From Lepidodermella squamata (lineage: Eukaryota; Animalia; Gastrotricha), in assembly GCA_047495785.1 (NCBI GenBank), contig JBLDXI010000073.1, forward strand, positions 248,001-312,000: a DNA stretch of 64,000 nt, in the 5' to 3' direction. Positions 47,509-60,100 of the stretch are shown here, one piece after another (position 1 is the first letter of the stretch; each line of letters opens with the position of its first letter). Both the position numbers and the translations under genes were made by a program. Under the pieces are notes generated by a model that searched no databases, had not been told where the DNA came from, and saw nothing but the letters and a program-made list of their open reading frames with translations.

Positions 47509-48110
47509 ATGTGGACTACTGAAAGCATACAAATAGTGGCGCTGCTCATTGCAATGCTGGCTCCGTTCCCAGCTTCGAGTGTTAAACAGTGCTACAAATG
47601 TGTTCCAAGCGAGACTATCCATTGCGGACATCCGGAAAACCTGGAGGTTTTCGACTGCCCTCCAACTGACAATTACGCATGTCTTTTTTTCGAAAGTCGA
47701 CTACTGTAAGAACTTCATGGCCCCCATTTTGTCAATTTGAGATTCATATCGATTTTAGGCAAGGCGGTGTACGAGGTTGTATCAATAAAATAGGTTGCAT
47801 GACAGGTCGTTTCATTCATTGCTGTACGGGCGAATTATGCAATAACCAAAGAGTATTCTCTCTACGGACTACAAGAGAGTTAAGGATAAGTACTGTTCTA
47901 TCTGTCCCAATTCTGGAACAACCCAAGCTGGACGAGGGACTCCCAAGGGCTGAAATAGCTGGCATAGTTGTTGCTGGGGTGGCAATGGTGGTGGTGGCAT
48001 TGGCCGCTGTCTTTTTCATTATAAGATGGCGCAGAAATCAACTGCAAAAGCAAATTGCTCGCGCCAAAGCAGATCCCGAAAATGTGGAAGAGCCGAATGC
48101 ATCATCTTGA
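47509..48110 (+). CDS. Ly6/uPAR three-finger type-I membrane protein, copy 6, 182 aa (exons 47509-47705, 47759-48110)
   Basis: Signal peptide, 10 Cys ending HCCTGELCN, TM IAGIVVAGVAMVVVALAAVFFII, RWRR stop-transfer, short cytoplasmic tail. Confidence 0.88.
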
Positions 48111-49661
48111 AGCTTGAAGCATCAACTAGCTAATGAACGATCTACAAATCTATCTGGCATAGGATTTTCCATAGATACAAAATACTGAAGGTATTATGCC
48201 AATAGCGCGTGCTTCCTGTTATGCTTGTTTGCAGTCAAATGTTCAGTGATGTAATAATTTCAAAAATTGATTATAAATAAACATCATCCTCCGAAACTTA
48301 CAAGACCTGTGCAACAACCAAACAGTAACGCCACTACCAAATACAAGGATGACGGCGGATAATGCTAATCCATTGGAACCCAGTCTTCAAGATCCAAAAC
48401 CTTCTGATGAGGGGCTCTCTAGCATTGCAATCGGCGTTCGCTCAAAACGAAATTACTTGGTGATCGGAAGCAGCTGAAGCTTTCCGTCTAGTATGACTAT
48501 GGAAATGAAAGTGAATCAAGTCTCAAACAACGTCGCCGCTGTTGGTGATGCAAATGATGCAAATTTAAGGCTGACTTCCGCGCGTCAAGTGCGTCGAAAA
48601 AAACGCCGACGAAGTCTCATTTTTCGAACTAGGGACCCTTCTCCCATCGACGACGGCGCCATAGTTTCCTCAGAACGTCGACTCGTCAAGCTGATTGTCG
48701 ACTAACAACTAACTGATAAAGATAATGTTTTGAAATTTATGCGCGAAAATTCATCATCTCTAAAGGATGCTAGCGATGCGTAAAACCTCTACTTGCGATT
48801 CTTTTTTTTCCTATAATTTTCAGCCAACATTGAAGAAGGCTCGTCTACTGGTTAGCAATCGTCAATAGTTCTGTTAAGTAGTCCAAATGGTCAATTAAAA
48901 GATCCAACGGGGAAAGTGGATTTTACGATTCTTCATTTTTCGATTTGAATCAATTCCGCAGAGAAACGACTGGTTGGATTTGGATTTCTGGCATTCAGCT
49001 AACTTCACTCGAACATCAATTTTGCTTGTGGATAGGCGTTCATTCTTGCGCATTCTTGCGTTGTTTGAGGATTGAATCCTCTATAGGTTCAGGATTGAAT
49101 CCTCGGTGGTTTTACTTTGTTTTTCCCGACGGAATTCTTGAAACTTTAGAAAATCAGGACGAAATAATCTGTTCCAAGTTCAATCTCGTTATCAAAATTC
49201 AGCTCTTGATGAGAAGAATCTACTTTCCCGAATAACGTCTTCGACTTTCTTCGAAGCCGGGTTATCTTGAATACGAAAACTGTTATCCTAATTTGTGGGC
49301 TACATGCAACATAGAAAAAAATGCTCTTGATAAGACAAGTCCTATCTTGTTGTTCATACCTTTTTACCAACATGGAAAAAAATCCCAATTGATAAGACAC
49401 CTATTTTATGGCACTTTGTAATCTGGCTATTAATAGCTAAGAAATCGGCAATTTGAATTTTGAATGGTTGTTTTTTTCCCTCTAAGAAGTGATGAATCAT
49501 CAAACCATCTGGCACCCGTGACGATAAACTCCCTTTCGCGTGCAATTATTCTATACTTATTTTATGTCTGTGACATAATCTCATAACTTGAGGGGTAATT
49601 CAATATCATGCCTACAATACTTGGATTATTGCCCTCGAAAACATCACTTACTATCTGATTT

Positions 49662-49967
49662 ATGAAAATTCGGAATCACTGGATTGTGGCCGTGGCAGCA
49701 CTGGTAGTTGCATGCATAGTTCAGTTTTCTAATGCCTCGGCTGAGCAATGCTTCAAGTGCATTCCAAGCGAGACCCCATTCCAATTGCGAAGATCCCAAC
49801 AACTGCGAGGTATTCCACTGCCCATCGGATTACAATTATGCATGCATTTACTTCGACAGCGAACTGTGAGTACTTAATGTTTTTATTCACTTATCACCTT
49901 TGTGATTCGCTTTGCTTTTTAGGGAAGCTGGTTCACGTGGTTGCATGGATACCAGTAGTTGCAGAAC
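49662..49967 (+). pseudogene. Duplicate of Ly6/uPAR copy 5 pseudogene
   Basis: Same sequence as 39416-39721 at +10246. Confidence 0.8.
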
Positions 49968-52900
49968 AAATCGAAGGAGTCCACTTCTTTCTGCTCATCA
50001 TTCCTGTTCGTGCTCTTTTTCTTTTCTTCTGTGATTTAAGTTACTCTCTGTCATGTTATGGAAAGAACCCGAATGGAAATACGCTGCCGTGACCGGTCAT
50101 GAAAGCCGGCAAGCCTCTTGGAGATTTCCCGTCCCAGCGGCCGGTTCCGCTGCTCATCTAACACCACCATGCAGCATCTGTCCAGCACTGATTCAGATGA
50201 TTTTACGTGAAAAATAGGCGATGCGGCATCTTCAATGTTTCCAGCAGCCACTGCACAACTACGCCACGCTCGCCGCTAAATGTGAGCTTCCGAAAATGCG
50301 TAAATAATGCGTATATTCAAAACGCGAAGAAAAAGCACAAGGCGGTACCAACCCCGCCTTCCACGAGGCTGCCGAAGAAGCTCAATGTGAACGGCCTTTC
50401 AGCCGATGCGATCGCCGAAGTGCAGGCGCTGATCTCGCAGCACCGCAGCACGAACGCGTCACCCTCCTCCTCCCACGACAAGATGGATGCCACGGCGGAC
50501 TTCCCGGCCCTACCTGTGTCGTCTACCGTTTCGCCGGTTCATGCAACGTCGCCGCCCGCCCCACGCCCGGCCTCGGCCACGGCTAACCCCGTCAGTAAGC
50601 GTGTCGTTATTATCGATAACATCACCAACATGCGTCGATGCGAGCTTGAGCCCGAGCTTGTGCGAGTGGCACCCTGGCTCGAATATCACTCTGCCGTCGA
50701 CATGCGGAGCGGCGGCCTCCGGATCATCTGCTCTACGCCTGCTGGCGCGGATCGATTGCTGAAGAAGGAACTCCCTTCTGGCGCCTTCAAGGGCAGCGCC
50801 TATCGGGTTCACCGTCCTAGTGAACCGGATCCTAGTCGCCCGCTCCCTCCTGCGGTTGACAAGGACAATCGCAGCGTTTTGACATCTCGGCTCTTAAGAA
50901 ATACCTTAATTTTCTTCAAACGTCTGGAGAAAATAGTTAGCACAGCCATTCAAACTACTGTCTGAGGATTGGCAAATTACCTTTGACAATAGGGCTTTCC
51001 TCTGCCCAATGATCTAATTTGCTTTCTAGGGAACCTGAGGTTCCCTAGTTATGAGGGCAGGCAGGGACATCTCGGCTCTCGGGTTGCTATTCGGCTGCCG
51101 ATATCCGTGCCTATCTGCCCCTTGATTATATGGAGGAGGTTCGCGACCTGCCGGCGAAGGACCCCCACCGCCCACCCACTCGCGTCATCGTATTCAAGAC
51201 GAAGGAGGCGTATGAAGATGCCCGCCTCCATGGGATGCAGTGGCTGAACCGGCGCGTAAAGGTACGCCCCATGCGGCCACCCGTGCCGCCCGCTAAGTGT
51301 CGCAAATGTAGTCGTTATGGCCACGTCGCTATCGACTGCCCCCTGCCTTCTCCGTCACGTGTGGCCGCTGCGGCAAAGCGCACCTCACAGAGGGCTGCGG
51401 CGCTACCCGCGAACAAGCGTTTTGTTGCAACTGCCCTGAAGGCGGCTCCCCGAGACATTTCAGTACCTGGCGCGGCTGCCCTGCTTTCAAAGCTGCGCAG
51501 TCGGCCGAAGTCGCGTCCCGACACGCCCGTGCTGCTGCCAAGAGTGAGAAGATCGCCGCGGCAGCCAGTGTTCACCACGGCCGAGGCCCGCCGTCTCCTG
51601 TGACGCCCGGGCGCAGCTATGCTCGCACTGCTGCACCGACGCCGCCGCCAGCCGCCACCGCCGCCTGCTCACCCATCGGCGCCTGTCTCCGGGCAGCACT
51701 CGGCTGCTCAGCTCAGTGTGGCCGTTGCCGGCATATCGTCTCTTCTCCAAAAAATCCAGCAGCTCCATCACCTCTCTGACGCAGTGGCGGCCGATCGCGC
51801 CAAACAGGATGGATGGCGTGAGAAATTCGAGTTGTCTATGGCAGATCTGGCGGATGAAGTCTACGACCTGCGCTCTAGCGGCAACAACCAGTCAATGAGT
51901 GTCGACCGTGACCGCTATCGCTACGACGACGACAACTGATCTCGTGGTAATGATGCAGTGGAATCCCCAAGGTGCTAACGGAAAGCCTGTTGAAGTTAGT
52001 TACTTGGCTGAAAATGTTGATGCGCTATTTGTTTTTCTCTCAGAGACTTATTTCTTCCCCCTCTCCTCTGTCTTTTTCCATCGCTATGCCGTGTTTAGAT
52101 GTGACAGGGAGCAAGCCCCGGACGATCTGTTGTACCGTGGCTCCTGTGGCGGCTCTGCTTTCTTAGTCCGTGAAGGCGTCACTGTCGTTCGTGAACGTAA
52201 GATGCCGCTGTCTGGCAGGAAGCGCAGTGAGTGGCTGCGCATTGATGTCATCCCCGACCCTCGTTCTGCTGTGATTCGATTGGTCACCGGATATTGCCCG
52301 CCGTCCTCTGACTTGGATTTGCGGTTTCTTGAGCAGGAGTTTGAAGAGACAAACACGTCCCGCACGCCCTGTGTTTTCGGCGGCGATTTGAACGCCAAGT
52401 CTCCTCTGTGGAGTGAAGCTGACCATTGGAATCCGCATGGCTATCACCTACATCACATGGTGGCCCGGCTCGGTCTCACCGTCTTAAAGTCCGCCCCGAC
52501 TCATATCGATCTCCGCACTGGCTCTCTCTCTCGACCCTGGATGTTTGGGTGGTCAATGACGCCGCTATGCAATTTCTCAGCGGGGGAGTTACCGTGGGTG
52601 ACCGCCTCAGTAGCGACCACTTCAGCACCTCGCTCTGCCTCGAAATACCTGTGATCGGAGCTCGTCGCTTGCTGCCTCCTCCTGACCCCGCCCCGCGGTT
52701 TGATCTCTCTCGAGCCGATCGTAGAGGCTTTCAACGGACGCTGTGGGACCTCCTGCCTGCTATTCCTCTTCCGCAGGTTGGCGACCCTCTGGACCGGCTG
52801 CTTGCGTACCGCCGTGCCATCAATGCCGCTATCGTCGAGGCGCGTCGCCTTCATGTACCCCTATGTGACCGCAGTGAACTAAAGAAGATTTCCATGTCTG

Positions 52901-53882
52901 CCGATATGCGCTTGATCCTGAAGCAGAAGCGTGTTCTAGAGCGCGCGATTGGCCCTCATTGTGATCCCCAGTTGGCAGTAGAGATCAAGCGACTGGACGG
53001 CGAGTTTCGAGAAGCTAAGCAACAGCACGAGTTCCGCCGCGACGTTGCGAATCTGCGTATGGTTGAGGCTCTTTCAGGACAACTTCGGTATCGCGAGGCG
53101 TGGGTCCGGCTCCGGCGGCTCGACCGTCATCAGCCGCGGCGCCCCAGTGGGCACATGAAACTGGACGATGGAACTGTTCTGGCACCGTCCGCTTCGCTTG
53201 CTGACGAGTTACTTACCCACTTCACTTCGCCGATGACGCCCTACTGCGACCCGGCCGCCGACGACGCCCTGCGCAAGCGTTGGCTCCAGCTTGAGACCCT
53301 GATGGCCACCGATCCTGACCTTCAAAGCAAGGCTACGATTCATCTGCCAGGCCCTGACGACTTCAACGTAAGCCAACGCATGCTTGCTCAAGAGATCGAC
53401 CGTCTGCAACCGTTCAAGGCTCCAGGGATCGACGGCGTCGGTAATGTCTATTACAAGTGGGGCGGCGTTCCGTTGCAAGCTCACCTTCGGCGCCTCTATA
53501 ATATGTGTCTCGGTAGCCAATTCGCCCTGCCCGATTGGAAGGAGGCGGTTGTTGTCGCTGTTCCCAAGCCGGGTAAGCCGTCTGACGCCGTTAGCTCTCA
53601 ACGCCCGATTTCGCTATTACCTTCTGATGGTAAGATATTGGAGGCGATCGTTGCGCGCTGGATGAGTCGTTTCTTGGAGGATAGACACCTCCTGCCTGAC
53701 AATCAGTATGGGTTCCGCGAGCACCACTCCGCTGTCGACATTCCCGTCCAAATCGCTCATCGGGCGTACCAGTGCCGTGCTGACAAGCTCAAGTTGGTCG
53801 TTGTGGGTCTTGATGTGAAGGCGGCTTACGACTCCGTATGGCACGCCGGCCTCGTCCACCGCCTCTGCGGACTTCCTATATA
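49968..53882 (+). mobile_element. Duplicate of the degenerate LINE (RT frame open 52426-53886)
   Basis: Same as 39722-43635, with an extra G near 53524 that removes one frameshift. Confidence 0.9.
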
Positions 53883-54328
53883 CTAAAGGTCACGCGCCCA
53901 TTTTTCACCTTTCGGTGTGAGTTTATTCACTATTGAAAGATCGTTGCTTTACAATCTGTATAAAGTTGTCTATGGAGAATCTCATACGTTTGAGCCGCAA
54001 GCTGGCATAGAATCGACCAAATTATGAATTATGATGGGCAGCGCCATTCGGATTCACCGCCCCAGCAGTGAACTTGATCCCAGTCGCCCGCTCCCACCTG
54101 CCACTTGATTTTGTGGTTGCCAACCTGCCGGCGAAGGACGCCCACCGTCCTCCTCGTGTGAACAACGAAGGAAGCGTATGATGACCGCAATGGGAGTGTA
54201 TTTTTTCTTCCTCTCCGTCTCCCGAGCTTTTGACATTGCTCTTCTTTCTTAGTCCGTGAGGTTGTCCCGGTGAAAACAATTGTTTTAATTGTTGCTTATA
54301 TCGGTTTATGTCGTTCTCAGTTCACGAT

Positions 54329-55355
54329 CATAGACAACTCTATACAGATCGGAAACTAGCGATCTTCCTATAGTAAATAAATTCACACCAAAACGTGAAA
54401 AAGTGGGCACGCGACCTTCATTTTTATTCACTCATCGCCCTATCCGCCCATAGTAATTTTTCCGATTTTTAATTATTTTCTAAAATTCCCTGAGAAAATG
54501 TTTCATTTCCGACAAATTTCAAACAAATTTTCCGGAATACTAGAAGCGCTCCTCTATCGAATGAGTCCCGTCTCATGAGACGGTTTTTTTTCTAACTTTT
54601 TTAAAATTATCTCAAAGTTGGTCACTTTTACGAAAAATCGCCATTTCAAGAGTCTTTCAGGAGGTTAAAAGTTTTCATTTTGAGCCGAAAAATTCCGAGA
54701 AAAATACTATGATCTTATTCGATTTTTGCTCTATCCAAAGATATAAAACTTGAGCTAATCAGAATTTGTTTCGAATTTCGCGAAATTTGCATTCGCTTGA
54801 TAATACTTTGAGCGAGCTAAAAATAGCTACAAAAAACCTAATAGCTATTTTTAGATTTAGCAGTGTCACGCAAAATCCCAATATTACAAGTCAGAAAATT
54901 TCGCGAAATTCGAAACAAATTCTGATTAGCTCAAGTTTTATATCTTTGGATAGAGCAAAAATCGAATAAGATCATAGTATTTTTCTCGGAATTTTTCGGC
55001 TCAAAATGAAAACTTTTAACCTCCTGAAAGACTCTTGAAATGGCGATTTTTCGTAAAAGTGACCAACTTTGAGATAATTTTAAAAAAGTTAGAAAAAAAA
55101 CCGTCTCATGAGACGGGACTCATTCGATAGAGGAGCGCTTCTAGTATTCCGGAAAATTTGTTTGAAATTTGTCGGAAATGAAACATTTTCTCAGGGAATT
55201 TTAGAAAATAATTAAAAATCGGAAAAATTACTATGGGCGGATAGGGCGATGAGTGAATAAAAATGAAGGTCGCGTGCCCACTTTTTCACGTTTTGGTGTG
55301 AATTTATTTACTATAGGAAGATCGCTAGTTTCCGATCTGTATAGAGTTGTCTATG
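54329..55355. mobile_element. Duplicate of the foldback element
   Basis: Same as 44082-45108 at +10247, including the TTCACGAT TSD. Confidence 0.9.
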
Positions 55356-57755
55356 TTCACGATACTAGCAATGAGTATCAGATGTTACCGGTTTTGCTAT
55401 TTTTGAACCTCGAAACTGTGAATTTTATGGCCTACTTCAGCCAATATCGTCACTATAGGACGCCGCGGCTTGCAGTGTGAATCAGAAAAGCGTGGTATTT
55501 TTAAGGCGGAACGGGGTCCAAAGTCCAAATCAACAAATACACAATACAATACACAATTTTTAAATTAGCATAAGCATTTTTGCTCACTATCAACGAGATC
55601 AACACATCTTTAGAAGCATCTCGCCGATCTATTTCTGCAAATTATTTTTTAGGTTTTAGTTAGTGAAATTCAAAATTATACGATTTTCCGAATTGAAATT
55701 TTGAAATTTTGAAGTTTTGAAGGCATGCAATTTAATCGTATTCACGGAAAAATTTTCACGGCAGGCAACCTATCGGCCATGAATTAGGCGCTTCGGAGTT
55801 CAATGTACTCTTGAACGCCGCGGCTTCGAATATTATATTAGGGTCACCGTCGTTCGGCCCTGATTTTATGACCCAAGGGTCTCCCCTGTGGTTTTTTGGG
55901 GTTTTTCCACTTTGGCATTGCCGAACTGGGGGTACGATACCCCTCATTCCCCCTGTACTTCGCGCCCAGACTCACACGGGATGGCTCGGCCGCATATGCC
56001 GCATATGCATTCTTGACCATTTGATCACCTATTCGCAGTATGTGTGGAGCACCGGCCATTCTCGCCGGTGGCCTTGTTCGCAATGCGTCAACTCAAGCTT
56101 CTGGATGTGCTGCAGAATGATTGCCTGCGCTAGTATCCGACCTTGAACGTTGCTCCGACGTTAAGATTCTATCTTAGATCATGTGCCCATGCTTTACTTT
56201 ACTTTCCGTTTTTCAATCGCAACACTCATCGAATATTCGAATCAACAAAACAATCATTAATCGCGGTTTTTAAGACATCTTCAGTTTCCTCTTTTCAGTA
56301 TAATAGAAACTGCACATGTTGCTATCCTATTTAATTATTACTCCGAAGAGGCCGATAATCGGCTGCTAAAGGCTGGGCATGAGTCATTAATATTTGACCT
56401 AATTGCTGAGCTTTTCCCTCTTGACTCTTGAGGCCTAAATATGTAGATCACACTGAAGTTGAAGAGTTAAGTTTTGATTAAAGATAAAATTGTCGACGTT
56501 TGGAGGTGCGTCAGGGGTTCGATTTGACGTGCCGCCTCCCTGATTTTCGACGACCCGAGCAAAGAAATTACAAGATATGTTTGTTAACTGGTCGGTGTTG
56601 CTGGCGGTGAATGTCTTTATCGCTCATAGTCAGCCGCACCGCAGGCGTACGCACTTTATCAGTATCAAATTCTTTCTCGCCTTTTCCACATGCCTATGCT
56701 CTTACTAATCACGGGGCGGGTTTTCGTCAGAGCGAAGCGTGGAGACGAGGATTTCATCGAGTGAAGCGGGAAAAGTAACTTGAAAAGTTCGGGAGAACAT
56801 TGCCTTTCAAGTAGGTGTAGGAAATCAAATTTGATTTGACTTGATTTAATTTAATTTAATTAATTTCTACAGTAAGTTAATCACAATTATTTGTAAATCA
56901 ATCATTTCAAATCAAATCTTTCGCATAAGGAAACATGAATATCATGGTACATTATTGAAGATTATTTCACGTTTCGAGCTTGGTTTTGGCAATATGAGTC
57001 TGAAAGAGAAGGAATAAGGGAATATTCCTACAAGCGCACCATCTGGAGCCACTTTTTGGGGTGTTGAAGGGTCAAAGCCTTGTGAAAATAGCGTAAAAAT
57101 TGAAATAAAAAGCCCGCCTTAAAAAAATAAATTCAACAATAATTTTACCATGCGCATGTAGGGATAGAAGCGAGATTGCTTCTTTTGTTTCAGCATGAAA
57201 TTCGTTGAGAATTCCTTTTTCACGGGAACGGTGAATGATTTGAGAAATATCGTTAGCGACGTTGAAAGTCGGAATTAGCCTGGTTTACCACCATTTTAAG
57301 GCAGTGTTTGGTTTGATTTTGATTTATTTTGGTATCGGTTTTGCGCGATTTGATTTTAAATATTTTGATTTGATTCAGCTTTTCAAAGATTTTGCCGATG
57401 ATTTTGTAGTCCTAATCAGTAATCATGAGGAATTTTTTGAAGTGGTTTCCACCATTCGGTAGATCTAGTCTGCGGTAAACATCCCTCAAATTATCATTAG
57501 AATCGGGTGCGAGAGAGAAAATTGGTGACAAAAATGCTGGCCGCTATTTTTATTAAAAATTCTCATTTTTGAAAAACGGCACTTTACAGGATTAGAGGTT
57601 GTATAGCATTATCCTGTGACAAGGCTCCATCGGAATTTATTTAGCTATTTTCATATTACTTATCATTTCAAATTATTCAATTTCATGTGTAATTTATTTA
57701 GATATTACAGCTGCAAAGTTGCATATCTGTCATCACTTAACTCACAATCTGCATC

Positions 57756-58358
57756 ATGTGGACTACTGAAAGCATACAAATAGTGGCGCTGCTCATTGCA
57801 ATGCTGGCTCCGTTCCCAGCTTCGAGTGTTAAACAGTGCTACAAATGTGTTCCAAGCGAGACTATCCATTGCGGACATCCGGAAAACCTGGAGGTTTTCG
57901 ACTGCCCTCCAACTGACAATTACGCATGTCTTTTTTTTCGAAAGTCGACTACTGTAAGAACTTCATGGCCCCCATTTTGTCAATTTGAGATTCATATCGA
58001 TTTTAGGCAAGGCGGTGTACGAGGTTGTATCAATAAAATAGGTTGCATGACAGGTCGTTTCATTCATTGCTGTACGGGCGAATTATGCAATAACCAAAGA
58101 GTATTCTCTCTACGGACTACAAGAGAGTTAAGGATAAGTACTGTTCTATCTGTCCCAATTCTGGAACAACCCAAGCTGGACGAGGGACTCCCAAGGGCTG
58201 AAATAGCTGGCATAGTTGTTGCTGGGGTGGCAATGGTGGTGGTGGCATTGGCCGCTGTCTTTTTCATTATAAGATGGCGCAGAAATCAACTGCAAAAGCA
58301 AATTGCTCGCGCCAAAGCAGATCCCGAAAATGTGGAAGAGCCGAATGCATCATCTTGA
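57756..58358 (+). CDS. Duplicate of Ly6/uPAR copy 6 with a T7->T8 homopolymer frameshift
   Basis: Matches 47509-48110 except for one extra T at ~57931-57938. The spliced frame is broken, but the intron-retained frame is open (200 aa). Confidence 0.7.
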   Translation: MWTTESIQIVALLIAMLAPFPASSVKQCYKCVPSETIHCGHPENLEVFDCPPTDNYACLFFRKSTTVRTSWPPFCQFEIHIDFRQGGVRGCINKIGCMTGRFIHCCTGELCNNQRVFSLRTTRELRISTVLSVPILEQPKLDEGLPRAEIAGIVVAGVAMVVVALAAVFFIIRWRRNQLQKQIARAKADPENVEEPNASS

Positions 58359-59834
58359 AGCTTGAAGCATCAACTAGCTAATGAACGATCTACAAATCTA
58401 TCTGGCATAGGATTTTCCATAGATACAAAATACTGAAGGTATTATGCCAATAGCGCGTGCTTCCTGTTATGCTTGTTTGCAGTCAAATGTTCAGTGATGT
58501 AATAATTTCAAAAATTGATTATAAATAAACATCATCCTCCGAAACTTACAAGAAAATTACAGCTTACTGCTTGATTTTTTTGACACCCGCTGATATAATT
58601 TGCAAGCAGCGAATCCTTTTATAAAGTGGGGTTATAATTTTGGCTTTTGTTATTATTTTTAGCCCTGTTGCCATGGCGTGCGACTTTTGTTTTTTCTCTT
58701 ATATGTCCTTATGTTCTTTCTCATCCACCCTGGAACTATTAAAAATGCTCTGATCTCTGATTTTCTATGCCATAATTGTGGCCGAATGGAAATGGATTCA
58801 TACTACTTACATGTTTATAGCTTCGCCTTCACCACCAATCACTATTACTATTGATCGATGTTTTCAGAGAGCGAAGTACCGCTAGGGATGGTAGGGATCA
58901 TCCCTAAGTTGAGCTCAGCGAAGGACCAAAGGGGGATCCTTATGTCGATTTTTGTAATCTCAACCACTTCCGCGGTCCTACTTCACTCTGTGGATGTTTT
59001 ACCGAGCTTGTATCACTAGGCAATAGGCTTATATTTTTGAAGTTGACTGGTGGTATAATGGAGGGCACGGCAACATATAAAAAGCGGGATAAGTATAATA
59101 TTGGTTTCATAAGATCAGCGATCAGCGACTAGTTTCGTAATAAAGCCCAGCGTAGTCTGATGATATTCAGGTTTATGAGTTGATGGACATGTCTTGTACT
59201 TCGGCAAACAGAGCAAACAAAGTCGGTCGAGTGACTTTCGAATTGCCTCTGGAAAAACTGGGATCGCCTTGAAAAATATATGACTGCCAGAAAGCTTCAT
59301 ATGGGCTATTAATTCCAAGCTATCTCTCCAGAATCAACCGACTAAGAGAATCAGGCATTTTCACTAGTTGCTGAAGCATGATTGCGCCAAGTGAACAAAT
59401 ATGAGCAAAATATTTGCGAGATCGCCCAATTTGGCACGTGCCGATATGAAACTACACAAAAACCGTAGTAGTGAGAAAAAGTGTGAATGAAAAATGTCGA
59501 AATTTTGGTTATTCGACGACGAAACCGCGCGCTTAAATTTCGTCATAAAATCATACGAAAAATTACGTATTTTCCCACCAAAAATCGAGATGGATGTTTT
59601 GGAGAAACAAATTGTCGATGTTTTTTTCCATGCATTTGTATAGGGTATAGGGTCCAAAGGTCGCGTGTTTTTATTTTCACATAACAGGGCTAGATCGTGA
59701 GTGTCATATCTTCTGTATTTTTTTATCTATGGGATTTGCAACTCCGTAATGTGTTGTTCATTTAAAGCAAGTTTTTTCTTATCTTTCTTATCTTTCGCTG
59801 AGAAAAATGAAACCAATGAGTCGTAGCATTCCGA

Positions 59835-60100
59835 GTTGTCGCAGTTGATTCGGATTGTTGCACAGAAAGTACGCGAGCTTTTTTCCGAGTTGTCGTTTTC
59901 GCAAATGACGTGACTTACGCGAGCAAAAGTTCGCACTTGTCGGAACGCGAATCTAGGCACTTTTTATACTGGCTGTTAAGGCTCGAAAAATGTTACGTAG
60001 AACCGAAATACAATGCAGAGCACGGAGACCGTTTGAATGAAATACGGTAATTATCATAAACTGACGGGTCCCGTGTCAGTAACTATGGTGGTACTATAAC
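59835..60100 (+). repeat. Dispersed repeat also present at window start (1-~280)
   Basis: CAGTTGATTCGGATT...CGCAAATGAC...AATACGGTAATTATCAT..AACTGACGGGTCCCGTGTCAG is shared. Confidence 0.7.

Larger units (their letters stand above)
38058..58553 (+). repeat. Near-identical direct tandem duplication, unit ~10,246 bp (38058-48303 and 48304-58553)
   Basis: The ORF track repeats at offsets 10246, 10247 and 10248; junction ...CTTACAA|GA|CCTGTGCAAC has a 2-bp microhomology. Confidence 0.97.
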
